DNA of 64,000 nucleotides from Elusimicrobiota bacterium (GTDB lineage: Bacteria > Elusimicrobiota > UBA8919). The number at the start of each line of letters is the position of its first letter. The stretch's first letter is position 1. Position numbers and translations under genes: made by a program. The stretch is taken from assembly GCA_028718185.1 (NCBI GenBank), contig JAQUMH010000001.1, positions 31,186-95,185 on the forward strand, given 5' to 3'. The notes beneath the pieces are model-generated. The model was not told where the DNA came from. It did not search any database and worked only from the letters and a program-made list of their open reading frames with translations. This document shows, piece by piece, positions 1 to 10,680 of the stretch.

Positions 1-474
1 CACAGTTCTTGTATGATTTAACGGCATTACTCTACGGGAAACCTCTTTCATCCTTTTAGATAAAAGCCCTTCTGCAACATTTATTGGCACTCCAAACTTT
101 TCGAGAATATCTGCCTGCATACCCATAACTTCATAAAAATTTGCATAAGCTTGCCCTGAAGGATGATGAGTTAAAATCAAATCAATTTTACGACCTGATT
201 TTTTTAAATGTTCGGATAGAAGGACTTCGGCAACATCAATATCAATTCCGGTAAGAATAGATTTTATTTCCTCGTTACCGTTTCCGTTCAATATTCTTGT
301 ATCTTTATATGGATTTTTTAATTTCTCCTTGTCATACTCAGATTTTTTTTCCTCATCAAGTTTGTCATATTTCTGTTTATCTATATTTAACCGTTTTTTT
401 ACTACCTCAACACCCCGCGGATCAGATAAAACACCCTCTTCTACAATAAATTCATAGAACTCTCTTAATTTCAA
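1..474 (-). CDS. Nif3-like (YqfO/YbgI family) protein, N-terminal part; 3' end runs off the window
   Basis: Continuous minus-strand reading frame from a TTG at 474-472 (GGAGGG Shine-Dalgarno 7 nt upstream) to window edge; translation contains ...GIDIDVAEVLLSEHLKKSGRKIDLILTHHP... resembling the Nif3 HHP region. Absent from ORF track because it has no ATG start. Confidence 0.4.
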   Translation of the reverse strand, partial: MKLREFYEFIVEEGVLSDPRGVEVVKKRLNIDKQKYDKLDEEKKSEYDKEKLKNPYKDTRILNGNGNEEIKSILTGIDIDVAEVLLSEHLKKSGRKIDLILTHHPSGQAYANFYEVMGMQADILEKFGVPINVAEGLLSKRMKEVSRRVMPLNHTRTV

Positions 475-535
475 TCCGTTACCCTCCGAAAAACAATCCA
501 CTACATCCACTGCAATCGGGTTGTCTTTACTTTAA

Positions 536-739
536 TTACCTGAAAAACACTCTTTTCCGGATTTTTCTTCTTGCTTCTTCTGATTTACGTTTTCTTTTTA
601 TAGAAGGAGTCTCATAAAATTCACGTTTTTTTATTTCAGCAAGAATACCGTCTCTTTCGCATTCTCTTTTGAATCTTCTTAACGCTTCTTCAATAGATTC
701 GCCTTCTCGTATCTTTACATTAGCCAATTTTAACACCAC
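536..739 (-). CDS. rpsU: 30S ribosomal protein S21
   Basis: 67 aa, basic, [33 protein letters not shown]... typical S21 sequence. Confidence 0.93.
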   Translation of the reverse strand: MVLKLANVKIREGESIEEALRRFKRECERDGILAEIKKREFYETPSIKRKRKSEEARRKIRKRVFFR

Positions 740-879
740 CTTTCTGTTTAAATAGGGCTTTAAAATTTTTGCCCTTTATTACATTTATTAAAAACTATAT
801 TTTACGGATTAAACTTAACAAAAATATCTATATAAACATTAAATTCAAACTTTAATATCAAACATTAATACCGAACATT

Positions 880-1224
880 TTATCCCGGAGGCCAACTAAA
901 GTTTCTACCGCCTAATAAATGCCAGTGAATATGAAACACAGACTGTCCGGCGTCAGAATTGGTGTTTAACACCAACCTGTAACCCTTTTTATCTACACTA
1001 TTTTTTTTTGCAAGTTCTTTAACAAGAAAATGAACATCAGCAATAATACTGCTGTCTGTTTTAACAATATCATTTAAGGTTGGAATATGTTTTTTGGGAA
1101 TTACCAACACATGAAAAGGTGCTTGCTGATTAATATCTTGTATAGCAATTAAAGTATCTGTTTCAGCTATCACTTTTGCAGGAACTTTCTTTTCAATAAT
1201 ACTGCAAAACAAACAATCAGACAT
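880..1224 (-). CDS. HIT (histidine triad) family hydrolase
   Basis: 114 aa; HVLVIPKKHIPTL and C-terminal HIHWHLLGG histidine triad. Confidence 0.85.
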   Translation of the reverse strand: MSDCLFCSIIEKKVPAKVIAETDTLIAIQDINQQAPFHVLVIPKKHIPTLNDIVKTDSSIIADVHFLVKELAKKNSVDKKGYRLVLNTNSDAGQSVFHIHWHLLGGRNFSWPPG

Positions 1225-1269
1225 CTTATATTTATAAAGAATTTTCCCTGTTTTGTCAAGTACTTTATT

Positions 1270-3123
1270 TCATTTTATGAAATATGTCATTTCTTTCTGA
1301 ACTTTTAACAATCGATCTACCTGACTATTTAATAATTTACTATTCAGTACTTCCTTATAATTTTCATCATACATTTTAATTCTTGGTATATTATATGATT
1401 CCAGCGGTATTACTATTGAAAGGGATTTATTTATAACCGCCATTTCATCCCATGTCGTGGTAACGATATATTCCCTTTCTTTGTTTTCCAAAAGAGAGAA
1501 CCCCTGACTATAGTCGTTTGATGAATTTTTACAGCCTAAAAACGAGAACATTGTAGAAACTACATCTAAATGACTTGTCAGTTTTTTATATATCTGCGGT
1601 TTATGGTTTGGAATATACAAAACAAACGGGACTTTGACCTGTTCTTCGCAAAAACCCTGATTATGACCATAAAAACCTTTTTCAAAAAATGCCTCGCCAT
1701 GATCGCCGGAAATAATTACAATAGTGTTTTTTAGAATATTTTTTTTCTCCAATTCACTTAAAATTTTACCTATGAGATAATCATCGTAGTAAATGGCATT
1801 TTTATATCTATTGAAAACCGGTAATATATTATCTTTATTAAGTGTGATATAATTAAATGTTTCAGCGGCAGGTTTAAATTTATGGAAGTTTGAAGGTGAT
1901 TCATAACTGCCATGCGGACAATCAAAAAAAATAAATGAAAAGAAAGGAGTTTTGGATTCTTTTTTACTTATATACTCTATTAAATCATTTGCTATTATTG
2001 CATCTTTTTCTGATTTGTCTTCTGATTTAGGTTTATCCATTATTTTTTCCGGAGGTATTTCAACAAAACATGTCTTCGTAAATTCAGGGAAAGTTAGTTC
2101 AGTAGCAGCAAGTATCTTAAAATCATAATTTAACTTAATCAAGGAATCAACAAAAACCGGTGATTGTCTTTCCCCCAGTATAGAATTCCAATAATATCCG
2201 TCAATACCATAAAACAATGAAAACACGCCAAATCTTGTACAATTACCCCCACTATAATGATCCTTAAAAACCAAAGATTTTCTGCTAAATTCATAGATAT
2301 TAGGAGTTATGTCTTTGTTTAACATATCATATCTGAAAGAATCGATTAAAATCCATATAATATTAGGTAAATTCTGCTGGTTTTTGTAAAATTCTATCTT
2401 TTTTTTTGGATAAATAAGTCCGGAATGTTCTTTATCCAATTGAAAGGAAACTGTTTCGTCTATTTTTAAATTAAAATATTTTTGAGCTAATTTCTTAATT
2501 GTAAGAGGTTGATATAAAGGGAATAATTTCATATGCCTGGTTATATAAGGGTTGTTTTTCAAGTCGGCATATGCATAAATCCCTTTATCCGCAACTATAA
2601 CCGACAGAACGCAAATAACTGCCAAATAAATATTATTTTTTCTTAAAATATATTTTTTTTCTACTAAAGATTTAGCAAGATAATTATACAAAAATATCTC
2701 AAGCAGGAATAAAGATATAATGATAAAAACAAAAAACAGCTTTGTCGCCAAGTTAAAATCCAACGATTCCCACCCGCCTTTCGTAAATAAAGTATTTATT
2801 ACAAATCCATTTATATGAAATCTAAAAATCCTGTAAATCCCGACGTCTATAAAGAACAATAGATTAACCGTAAAAAACATAAATATAAATATAATTTTGG
2901 GTAATCGCATAAAATAAAATACCGACAAAAGCAATAACAACAAAATATAAACCAAAAAAATATTTGAGAGATATGCGATAATTGTATATATTATCTCCGC
3001 AGGATTATTACCGACAAATTTAAAATACGGGAGACCAATAAGCAAAGTTAATATAAGATTAAAAAATACAAAGATAATGATTTTTAAATATTTTTTATTT
3101 TCCATAATGGTATATAATTTCAT
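1270..3123 (-). CDS. Membrane protein with C-terminal sulfatase / alkaline-phosphatase-superfamily domain (YejM / LTA-synthase-like)
   Basis: N-terminal multi-helix hydrophobic region; DSFRYDMLN and ISGDHGEAF motifs typical of sulfatase-type metal sites. Confidence 0.6.
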   Translation of the reverse strand: MKLYTIMENKKYLKIIIFVFFNLILTLLIGLPYFKFVGNNPAEIIYTIIAYLSNIFLVYILLLLLLSVFYFMRLPKIIFIFMFFTVNLLFFIDVGIYRIFRFHINGFVINTLFTKGGWESLDFNLATKLFFVFIIISLFLLEIFLYNYLAKSLVEKKYILRKNNIYLAVICVLSVIVADKGIYAYADLKNNPYITRHMKLFPLYQPLTIKKLAQKYFNLKIDETVSFQLDKEHSGLIYPKKKIEFYKNQQNLPNIIWILIDSFRYDMLNKDITPNIYEFSRKSLVFKDHYSGGNCTRFGVFSLFYGIDGYYWNSILGERQSPVFVDSLIKLNYDFKILAATELTFPEFTKTCFVEIPPEKIMDKPKSEDKSEKDAIIANDLIEYISKKESKTPFFSFIFFDCPHGSYESPSNFHKFKPAAETFNYITLNKDNILPVFNRYKNAIYYDDYLIGKILSELEKKNILKNTIVIISGDHGEAFFEKGFYGHNQGFCEEQVKVPFVLYIPNHKPQIYKKLTSHLDVVSTMFSFLGCKNSSNDYSQGFSLLENKEREYIVTTTWDEMAVINKSLSIVIPLESYNIPRIKMYDENYKEVLNSKLLNSQVDRLLKVQKEMTYFIK

Positions 3124-4360
3124 TTTCAGGATATTTTTTAGGAAGCTTTAAATAAATATAATTAGATGTATACCCGTAACCATTTGTCTCGGTTAAAACT
3201 TCCATTTTTTTACCCATAAACTTTTTAGAAAAATCATGCCGGAGCTGCAAATCCAACATCCGCAGCTTTGTTTGCCATTTCTTCACTAGCGATGAGTTTT
3301 CTCTTATCATTTTAAAATTGACAGGATTTATCAACTCTGCTTCTGTCCCAGGTCTTCTGGAAAACTTAAAGATATGCAACCGCGAGAACTTGCACTTTTT
3401 TATGAAGTTATATGTATTGTCAAACGTCTCTTCCGTATCTGTCGGATATCCGACAATAATGTCTGTTGTAATTCCAATATCTGTAATCTTTTTTCTTATT
3501 TTACTGACTTTTTTTAAAAATTCCTTAGTTAAATAAGGTCTTTTCATGTCTATTAATATTTTATCATCACCAGACTGGAGCGGAATATGTAAATGATGAC
3601 AAAGTTTTTTTGACTCAGCCATATGTTCTATCAAATCATCGGTAATGTCGTTTAATTCAATCGAAGAAAGCCTTATACGATAAAGTCCTTCTGTTTTTTC
3701 TAATTCTTTTATTAAACCGGTTATATTAACCTTTAACTTATTCTCAATAAATTCATATTTTCCAAGCCGTATGCCGCATAGAACAACCTCCTTGTGTCCG
3801 GCTGAAACATAACATCCCACTTCTCTAACAACATCATCATAACTTTTTGAAGATAATGTCGGTCTGACTTTCGGCACAACACAATAAGCGCATTTACCGT
3901 TACAACCATCCTGAACTTTCACAAAAGCCCTGGTGCGATTGTGAAAAACTTCAGCCGCTATATCAATATTGTTTATTTTATTATAATTAGCATCTATTAT
4001 ATTTAAAATGTTTTCTTTGTTTGAATTTTTAAACAGTTTTACCTTGGGAAACTCATTTCTTAAACTACTCTCCGCTCTTTCAACATAACATCCCGTGAGA
4101 AATATTTTTGCTTTAGTATTTATTCTTAAACATTTTCTTAAATATTGCTTTGTTTTATGATCTGCATTAGAAGTTACTGTACAAGAATTAATAATAATAA
4201 TATCGGCGTCTTCAGGTCCCGTAAAAACACACCCTGCTCTTGAAACTTCAGCCTGCATTTTTGAAGTTTCACACTGATTTACTTTACAACCAAAAGTATA
4301 GAAATGTATTTTCATTATATCAGCTATATTATATAATAAGAAGGTGATTTTAGAGGACAA
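3095..4360 (-). CDS. mtaB: MiaB-family radical SAM tRNA methylthiotransferase (MtaB-like)
   Basis: N-terminal MTTase Cys triad (FGCKVNQCE...NSCTVT...GCYV) plus radical SAM CNGKCAYC; sits downstream of dnaJ-rsmE as yqeV does in Bacillus subtilis. Confidence 0.8.
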   Translation of the reverse strand: MSSKITFLLYNIADIMKIHFYTFGCKVNQCETSKMQAEVSRAGCVFTGPEDADIIIINSCTVTSNADHKTKQYLRKCLRINTKAKIFLTGCYVERAESSLRNEFPKVKLFKNSNKENILNIIDANYNKINNIDIAAEVFHNRTRAFVKVQDGCNGKCAYCVVPKVRPTLSSKSYDDVVREVGCYVSAGHKEVVLCGIRLGKYEFIENKLKVNITGLIKELEKTEGLYRIRLSSIELNDITDDLIEHMAESKKLCHHLHIPLQSGDDKILIDMKRPYLTKEFLKKVSKIRKKITDIGITTDIIVGYPTDTEETFDNTYNFIKKCKFSRLHIFKFSRRPGTEAELINPVNFKMIRENSSLVKKWQTKLRMLDLQLRHDFSKKFMGKKMEVLTETNGYGYTSNYIYLKLPKKYPENEIIYHYGK

Positions 4361-4372
4361 GTGCGGTGTTTT

Positions 4373-5230
4373 CTAGTCTTCCAACTCATATAAAATATTT
4401 GCCACTGCGGCCATGGGAGCTGTTTCTGCACGAAAAATTCTTTTACCGATTGAAACGGATATAATATTATTTTTTTTTGCTAGTTCGATTTCAGAATCCG
4501 AGAAACCGCCTTCCGGACCAACTAAAAGATTAATTGATTGAATAGCTGAACGGTCTAATGATTTAAGAACATTTTTTAAAGTATTTTCCTTTTCATATTC
4601 CCATAAAATTAAAGAAATGCTATTTTTTAAATCTGGTGGTTTTTTTTCACTCTTTTCCTTTGATTGTTTTTCTGTTACTGAATTCATTATTATATATGAG
4701 GTAGATATTGTCTCTACTTTAGTTGCCACTGGTTCTATTGAATTTATAGATTTAACGACATCCGCAAACTTCAGAACTTGTAAAACTTTTGGAACAATAG
4801 TTCTTCCGCATTGTTTAGATGCTGCAATTGCAATTTTTTGCCACCTGCTTAATTTAGTAACACATCGCTCCGCCATTTCAGGGATTGTCCTTTCGGAAAT
4901 TACAGGAATAATCGTATTTACACCAAGCTCGGTAGTTTTTTCAACAATTAAATCGAATTTCTTTCTTTTAGGAACTGACTGATAAAGATTAACCTTGATT
5001 TTTGCTTCAACATTCTCCCTTAACTTTAAAATGATTTTTACTTTTACACTATCAGGATTAATTTCCAATATTTCCGTTTTATACTCGTTACCTTTCCCAT
5101 CAAACAAAAAAACCAAATCACCCACATTTTTTCTTAAAACATTTTTCAGGTGATGCACTTCACCGCCGGTAATTAAAGCCGTACCGCTTTCTATTTTCTC
5201 AACAAAAAATCTTCGCATTTGACTCACCAC
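4373..5230 (-). CDS. rsmE: 16S rRNA (uracil1498-N3)-methyltransferase RsmE
   Basis: MRRFFVEKIE...GEVHHLKNVLR N-terminus and C-terminal LLVGPEGGFSDSEIELAK...RIFRAETAPMAA. Confidence 0.8.
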   Translation of the reverse strand: MVSQMRRFFVEKIESGTALITGGEVHHLKNVLRKNVGDLVFLFDGKGNEYKTEILEINPDSVKVKIILKLRENVEAKIKVNLYQSVPKRKKFDLIVEKTTELGVNTIIPVISERTIPEMAERCVTKLSRWQKIAIAASKQCGRTIVPKVLQVLKFADVVKSINSIEPVATKVETISTSYIIMNSVTEKQSKEKSEKKPPDLKNSISLILWEYEKENTLKNVLKSLDRSAIQSINLLVGPEGGFSDSEIELAKKNNIISVSIGKRIFRAETAPMAAVANILYELED

Positions 5231-5267
5231 TCCTAAATAATTTCAGAATGATACTATAAATATATAT

Positions 5268-6410
5268 CTATTTGTTAAATATCTTTTTAAAAAAACTTTC
5301 GTCTATTTTTTCGCCGGATATCTGAGCATATTCTTTCAAAAGCTCTTTTTGGCGGGTAGTAAGATTCTCCGGCGGCACTATAAAAACTTTTACATATTCA
5401 TCTCCAACCCGTGAAGAATTAACTGATGGCATCCCTTTTTCTTTAAGACGAAACACTTTATTGGAAGGTGTCCCTGAAGGAATTTTCATCGAAACATTTC
5501 CGTAAAGCGTCGGAACTATTATTTCACCGCCTAATGCTGCCGTGGAAAAACCTATCGGTACATCAACATAAATATCATCTTTTTCTCTTCGAAATATTTT
5601 ATGTTGCAAAACTCTGACAACTATATATAAATCCCCGGAAGGTCCGCCTTTTTCACCCGCTTCTCCTTGTCCTTTAGCTCTTATTGTATTTCCGGTATCT
5701 ACACCTGCAGGAATTTTTACAGTTATTTTAGATTGTTTTTTGACTTTTCCCCTGCCTGAGCATTCAGAACAAGGTGTACCGACTATTTCACCGCTTCCTC
5801 CGCATTTTGAACATGTCTGTTGAAGCGAAAAAAAACCACGCGAATATCTGACAACACCGCTACCTTTACAAGTAGAGCACGTTTTTTTTGATGTTCCTTT
5901 TTTTGCACCGCTACCCCGGCAAATGGAACATACCTGCGTATGATAAATATCAATTGCCTTTTCACTACTTTTGAACGCTTCTTCTAATGTAATTGTCAGG
6001 TGGTATTCTAAATCTGCCCCCTTTGTAGATAGTGTCCTGTGACTTTGACCGGAAAATCCTCCACCACCAAAAATATCAAAAATGTCACCAAAAACCTCAC
6101 CAAACCCTCCATTCTGAAAAATATCTTCAAAACCGGAAAAATCGGCATTTTTGAAAATATCTTCAGATGTATATCTCCCGTCAATGCCAGCATGACCATA
6201 TTGATCATACAACTTTCTTTTCTCAGTATCAGACAAAACAGCATAAGCCTCAGAAATTTCCTTAAATCTTTCTTCTGCTTCTTTCTTTTTGTCAGCGGTA
6301 ACCCTGTCAGGGTGAAATTGTAAAGCAAGATTTCTATAGGCTTTTTTTATTTCATCTGCAGTTGCATTCTTTTGAACACCAAGAATTTCATAATAATCAC
6401 GTTTTGTCAT
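5268..6410 (-). CDS. dnaJ: Chaperone DnaJ
   Basis: J domain (DYYEILGV...HPD), Gly-rich linker, four CxxCxG zinc-finger repeats. Confidence 0.95.
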   Translation of the reverse strand: MTKRDYYEILGVQKNATADEIKKAYRNLALQFHPDRVTADKKKEAEERFKEISEAYAVLSDTEKRKLYDQYGHAGIDGRYTSEDIFKNADFSGFEDIFQNGGFGEVFGDIFDIFGGGGFSGQSHRTLSTKGADLEYHLTITLEEAFKSSEKAIDIYHTQVCSICRGSGAKKGTSKKTCSTCKGSGVVRYSRGFFSLQQTCSKCGGSGEIVGTPCSECSGRGKVKKQSKITVKIPAGVDTGNTIRAKGQGEAGEKGGPSGDLYIVVRVLQHKIFRREKDDIYVDVPIGFSTAALGGEIIVPTLYGNVSMKIPSGTPSNKVFRLKEKGMPSVNSSRVGDEYVKVFIVPPENLTTRQKELLKEYAQISGEKIDESFFKKIFNK

Positions 6411-6434
6411 AATAAAATGAGCTACTTCGTCGCC

Positions 6435-8312
6435 TTACTTGCTTTCTTCTTTGTAATCAGCATCAATTACATCATCTTTCTTTTTCGTTTCTTCTGTAGG
6501 TGTTTCTGATTTTGTTTCTGGTTCCTGCTGGTTTGCTCCTTGCGATTCTGCTGATTGTTTTTTTGTTGCATCTTTATAAATTTCTTCAGCAAGTTTATGT
6601 GAAGCAGTTAAAACCTCTTCTTTTGCTTTTTTTATTTTTTCAAGATCATCTGTTTTTAGTGCTTCCTTTGCATCAGCAATTGCTCTTTCTAATTTAAGCC
6701 GTTCTTCGGCAGAAACCTTATCACCATGTTCTTTAAGTGACTTTTCCGCTGAATATACCACAGCATCGGCTTCATTTTTAACCTCTATTTCCTCTTTCCT
6801 TTTCTTATCTTCTTCTGCAAATCTTTCAGATTCTTTCACCATTTTATCAACTTCTTCTTTGGATAGTTTGGTAGGTGCAGTAATTTTTATTGATTGTTCT
6901 TTGCCTGTTCCTAAATCCTTTGCAGAAACGTGTAAAATACCGTTAGAATCAATATCAAATGTAACTTCAATCTGAGGAACACCGCGAGGTGCTGCAGGGA
7001 TACCGACTAAATCAAATCTACCTAATGAAACATTGTCCTTTGCCAACTGTCTTTCACCTTGCAAAACATTTATAGTAACAGCCGGCTGGCTATCCGCAGC
7101 AGTTGAAAATATTTGTGATTTTTTAGTAGGTATAGTAGTATTCCTGTCAATTAATTTTGTCATAACACTACCCAATGTTTCAACTCCCAATGAAAGCGGT
7201 GTAACATCTAATAATAATATATCTTTCACCTCGCCTGTTAAAACAGCTGCCTGAACCGCAGCGCCCATAGCTACACATTCCATAGGATCTACGCCTCTTT
7301 CTACTTTCTTACCGACTAACTCTTCAACAAATTTCTGTACTGCAGGCATTCTTGTCGGACCGCCGACCAGAATAACTTTTGCAATATCATTAGGGGTAAG
7401 TTTAGAATCCGAAAGTGCTTGCTCAACAGAATGCCTGCATTTATCTATTATGGGACCAACTATTGATTCTAATTTGGAACGGGAAATCTTCATAGTAAGA
7501 TGTTTTGGACCCGATGCATCTGCAGTAATGAACGGCAAATTTACATCTGTTTCTAAAACATTGGAAAGCTCTATTTTTGCTTTTTCGGCTGCTTCCTTTA
7601 AACGCTGTATTGCCATTTTATCATTTCTTAGATCAATACCGGTTTCTCTTTTAAATTCTGAAGCGATATAATCAATCATGGCATTATCCATATCTGTCCC
7701 GCCAAGCTGAGTATCACCACTGGTTGATTTCACTTCAAAAACACCACCGCCGAAATCCATTACTGTAACATCAAGTGTCCCGCCGCCAAAATCAAAAACA
7801 AGTATTTTTTCTTCTTTACCTTTCTTGTCAAGTCCGTATGCAAGACATGCCGCAGTCGGTTCATTAACTATTCTTTCAACTTTAAGCCCCGCAATTTCTC
7901 CTGCATCTTTAGTTGCCTGGCGTTGATTGTCATTAAAATAGGCAGGAACAGTAATTACCGCTCTATCGACAGTTGTACCTAAAAATGCTTCAGCATCTCT
8001 TTTAATTTTCTGTAAAATAAAGGCAGAAATCTGTTGAGGGGTATATTCCTTACCATAAATATTATACTTATAATCCGTACCCATCTTTCTTTTTGCTGCC
8101 ATAACCGTACCTTCCGTATTAGCTACAGCTTGACGGCGGGCCGGTTCACCTACTATCAGTTGTCCATCTTTCGTAAATGCTACATATGACGGAAATGCTT
8201 TTCCACCAAGTGTCATCCCCTCAGCTGATGGAATAATAGTTGCTTTACCACCTTCCATAATAGCAGCAGCTGAATTTGATGTGCCTAAATCAATACCAAT
8301 AATTTTTGCCAT
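6435..8312 (-). CDS. dnaK: Chaperone DnaK (Hsp70)
   Basis: 625 aa; [19 protein letters not shown] and other Hsp70 signatures. Confidence 0.97.
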   Translation of the reverse strand: MAKIIGIDLGTSNSAAAIMEGGKATIIPSAEGMTLGGKAFPSYVAFTKDGQLIVGEPARRQAVANTEGTVMAAKRKMGTDYKYNIYGKEYTPQQISAFILQKIKRDAEAFLGTTVDRAVITVPAYFNDNQRQATKDAGEIAGLKVERIVNEPTAACLAYGLDKKGKEEKILVFDFGGGTLDVTVMDFGGGVFEVKSTSGDTQLGGTDMDNAMIDYIASEFKRETGIDLRNDKMAIQRLKEAAEKAKIELSNVLETDVNLPFITADASGPKHLTMKISRSKLESIVGPIIDKCRHSVEQALSDSKLTPNDIAKVILVGGPTRMPAVQKFVEELVGKKVERGVDPMECVAMGAAVQAAVLTGEVKDILLLDVTPLSLGVETLGSVMTKLIDRNTTIPTKKSQIFSTAADSQPAVTINVLQGERQLAKDNVSLGRFDLVGIPAAPRGVPQIEVTFDIDSNGILHVSAKDLGTGKEQSIKITAPTKLSKEEVDKMVKESERFAEEDKKRKEEIEVKNEADAVVYSAEKSLKEHGDKVSAEERLKLERAIADAKEALKTDDLEKIKKAKEEVLTASHKLAEEIYKDATKKQSAESQGANQQEPETKSETPTEETKKKDDVIDADYKEESK

Positions 8313-8361
8313 AAATGCCTCCCTATTAACATCATATTTAAGAACTAAGAACTCTTTATTC

Positions 8362-8934
8362 TCAATCCTCTTTTTTTAATTCTGTTTCTTTTGACTCTAT
8401 CTTTTTTGCAGTCTTAACTATTGCCGGTTTTAAAACCCTGTCACCTATTTTATAACCTGATTTAACCTCTTCTATAATTATACCATCTTCCACATTTTCC
8501 TGCTCTAATACCCCAATAATATCATGTAACATAGGATCATATTTTTCACCAATAGTTGCTATTTGTACTACATTATGCTTTTTCAAAATCTCAGACAACT
8601 TCTTTTCTATATGCTGTAAACCTTCCTGTATCGATTCACTGCTATTTACTTTTTCAATCATTGTTTTAGCTAATTTTACTGTCTCAAATATATCAAGCAA
8701 CTCCATTATTGTTGAATTTTTGCCATCCTCAAAAAACTCTTTTTTTTCTTTTTCTGATCTCTTCCTATAATTTTCAAAATCCGCCTTAATGCGTAATATT
8801 TGTTCATAATATATTTCTGCTTGTTTCTTATGTTCAGACAATGATTGCCTTAATATTTCAAGTTCTGAAACCTTTTCTTCTCTATAAAGCTCTTCATTGC
8901 TTTTTTTATCTTCAGTCATTTTTATTCCCTGCAA
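8362..8934 (-). CDS. grpE: Nucleotide exchange factor GrpE
   Basis: 190 aa coiled-coil N-terminus with ADFENYRKR motif; located between hrcA and dnaK. Confidence 0.9.
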   Translation of the reverse strand: MQGIKMTEDKKSNEELYREEKVSELEILRQSLSEHKKQAEIYYEQILRIKADFENYRKRSEKEKKEFFEDGKNSTIMELLDIFETVKLAKTMIEKVNSSESIQEGLQHIEKKLSEILKKHNVVQIATIGEKYDPMLHDIIGVLEQENVEDGIIIEEVKSGYKIGDRVLKPAIVKTAKKIESKETELKKED

Positions 8935-9709
8935 CTGACATAATTTCGCTTACACCCTTACTAATCCTATATGTATTTGATGCAATATCTATACCTTTGG
9001 ATTCAACATCATTTTCAAAATTAAAAATATTATCAATATTTTGCCTTAAAAAATCTAATTCTTTTTTATTAGTTATTTGAAATGATTCTACTTTATTATT
9101 AATACTATTGTTATTAATATTATTAATAATATTTTTTATTTCCGACAATACGACTCCCCTCATAATATTATTAACCATTTTTGAAAAACTATTTAAAAAA
9201 TCCTGACTTACAGGGTCCTCTGTTTTTATTATAAAATTTCTCACAACACTTATATCGGAATAAATAACCCCAAAAATTGTTTTTTTGTTAATAGATGTCA
9301 GTATCAGTTCTTTAAAAAATACTTTTTCCGGTTTGGGTAATATTGAATAGCTGGAATGTTGTAAAACATAAAAATAGATTCTTGACAATTCCATTAAAGC
9401 ATTGTTTTGTGATTTTATCTGTATAAAATAATTCTTTTCAAGTTCGTCTTTTTTCTTAAAAATCACTTGCTGTGCTTCCATAAGTTCATTTATATAAAAT
9501 CGCCAAGCTTTATCAGTCGGGATTTTACCGGATGATTTATGTAAACCATGCAAATAGCCGTCTTTTTCAAGTTTTGACATCCAACTTCTTATTGAACTCG
9601 ATGAACATGAACATCTTTTTGTCAGTTGTTTTGAACTCACTGGTTTTAAAGATGTTTCAATATATTCCAAAATAACTGTCTCTAATATCTTTTTGTTCTT
9701 GATATCCAT
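8912..9709 (-). CDS. hrcA: Heat-inducible transcription repressor HrcA (short form)
   Basis: N-terminal winged-helix region with HKSSGKIPTDKAWRFYI matching the HrcA HTSAGRVPTDKGYRYY signature; hrcA-grpE-dnaK-dnaJ order. Confidence 0.75.
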   Translation of the reverse strand: MDIKNKKILETVILEYIETSLKPVSSKQLTKRCSCSSSSIRSWMSKLEKDGYLHGLHKSSGKIPTDKAWRFYINELMEAQQVIFKKKDELEKNYFIQIKSQNNALMELSRIYFYVLQHSSYSILPKPEKVFFKELILTSINKKTIFGVIYSDISVVRNFIIKTEDPVSQDFLNSFSKMVNNIMRGVVLSEIKNIINNINNNSINNKVESFQITNKKELDFLRQNIDNIFNFENDVESKGIDIASNTYRISKGVSEIMSVAGNKND

Positions 9710-9712
9710 TTT

Positions 9713-10504
9713 TTATCCGATTATCCTGCACACTTTGTTACATTTACCAGATTCTGCATCAATTGTTAAAACAATTCCGTTGAAAAATATATCGTTTTTA
9801 GCAACTTGAAATTTAGCAGGCATACCGGTTAAAAACCTTTTAAGAACATCTGATTTTTCAACTCCTATTATCGAATCAGATGATCCGACCATACCAGCAT
9901 CAGTAATATAACCTGTTCCATTTGCTAATATTTTTTCATCAGATGTTTGAACATGAGTATGCGTTCCCACCACACCACTTACCCGGCCGTCTAAAAAAAA
10001 TCCTAATGCCTGTTTCTCTGAAGTTAACTCGGCATGAAAATCAACAATTATAATAGGTCTTGGCTTTAATCTTGACAGTTGCTCTAAGATTTTATCTGCT
10101 GTTCTAAAAGGACAATCAACTAAAGGCATATTAAATCTTCCTAAAAGGTTTACAACTGTTACTTTAATTGTTTTATTTGAGTCAGGGGTAGTAATATCTA
10201 CTGAACACAAACCTTTTCCCGGTACACCTTCAGGATAATTTGCAGGCCTGATAATTTTCGGATGATCAATTGTTTCAGTGAATTCTCTTCTGTCAAAAGA
10301 ATGATTGCCCAACGTTATGACATCAACACCTGCAGAAAAAAGATCCTCAGATGTTTTTTTGGTTATACCTGCCCCGCCGGCTGAATTTTCACCGTTAGCA
10401 ATTGTGAAATCAATTGAGTGCTTTTCCCTTAGAATAGGTAACAAATCACTTACTTTTTCCCTGCCTGGTGAACCTATAATATCACCGATAAAAAGAATGT
10501 TCAT
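9713..10504 (-). CDS. ymdB: YmdB-family metallophosphoesterase (2',3'-cyclic-nucleotide phosphodiesterase-like)
   Basis: MNILFIGDIIGSPGR...ANGENSAGGAGIT...GNH motifs; directly downstream of rny as in Firmicutes. Confidence 0.85.
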   Translation of the reverse strand: MNILFIGDIIGSPGREKVSDLLPILREKHSIDFTIANGENSAGGAGITKKTSEDLFSAGVDVITLGNHSFDRREFTETIDHPKIIRPANYPEGVPGKGLCSVDITTPDSNKTIKVTVVNLLGRFNMPLVDCPFRTADKILEQLSRLKPRPIIIVDFHAELTSEKQALGFFLDGRVSGVVGTHTHVQTSDEKILANGTGYITDAGMVGSSDSIIGVEKSDVLKRFLTGMPAKFQVAKNDIFFNGIVLTIDAESGKCNKVCRIIG

Positions 10505-10680
10505 ATATAACGTATAATTGTCAAATTTACTAAAAAATCTAGTTTTAAACGATTTAGAGACATTTAGGCGAATAAACTGTTAAAAAATGACTCGTTTAGT
10601 GAAAAACTATGATTTTTCAGTAAAATCCATCTTCTACTTCATTTTCTACTTAGACTATAAAATCAATACAAAGCAAAAAA

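Noticed and set aside
300-360. Possible frameshift at the T8 homopolymer (about 342-349) in the Nif3-like gene
   Set aside because: On recounting, the homopolymer is read in frame and the minus-strand ORF is continuous from 474 to the window edge; no frameshift is needed.
9060-9140. AT-rich low-complexity tract (ATTATTAATA-type) that looked like a possible repeat array or mobile-element end
   Set aside because: It lies in frame inside hrcA and encodes an Asn/Ile-rich linker (NIINNINNNSINN); compositional low complexity rather than a discrete element.
10410-10430. GAGTGCT segment resembling half of a CIRCE operator
   Set aside because: Only a half-site with no inverted partner at the required 9-nt spacing, and it is inside the ymdB coding sequence.
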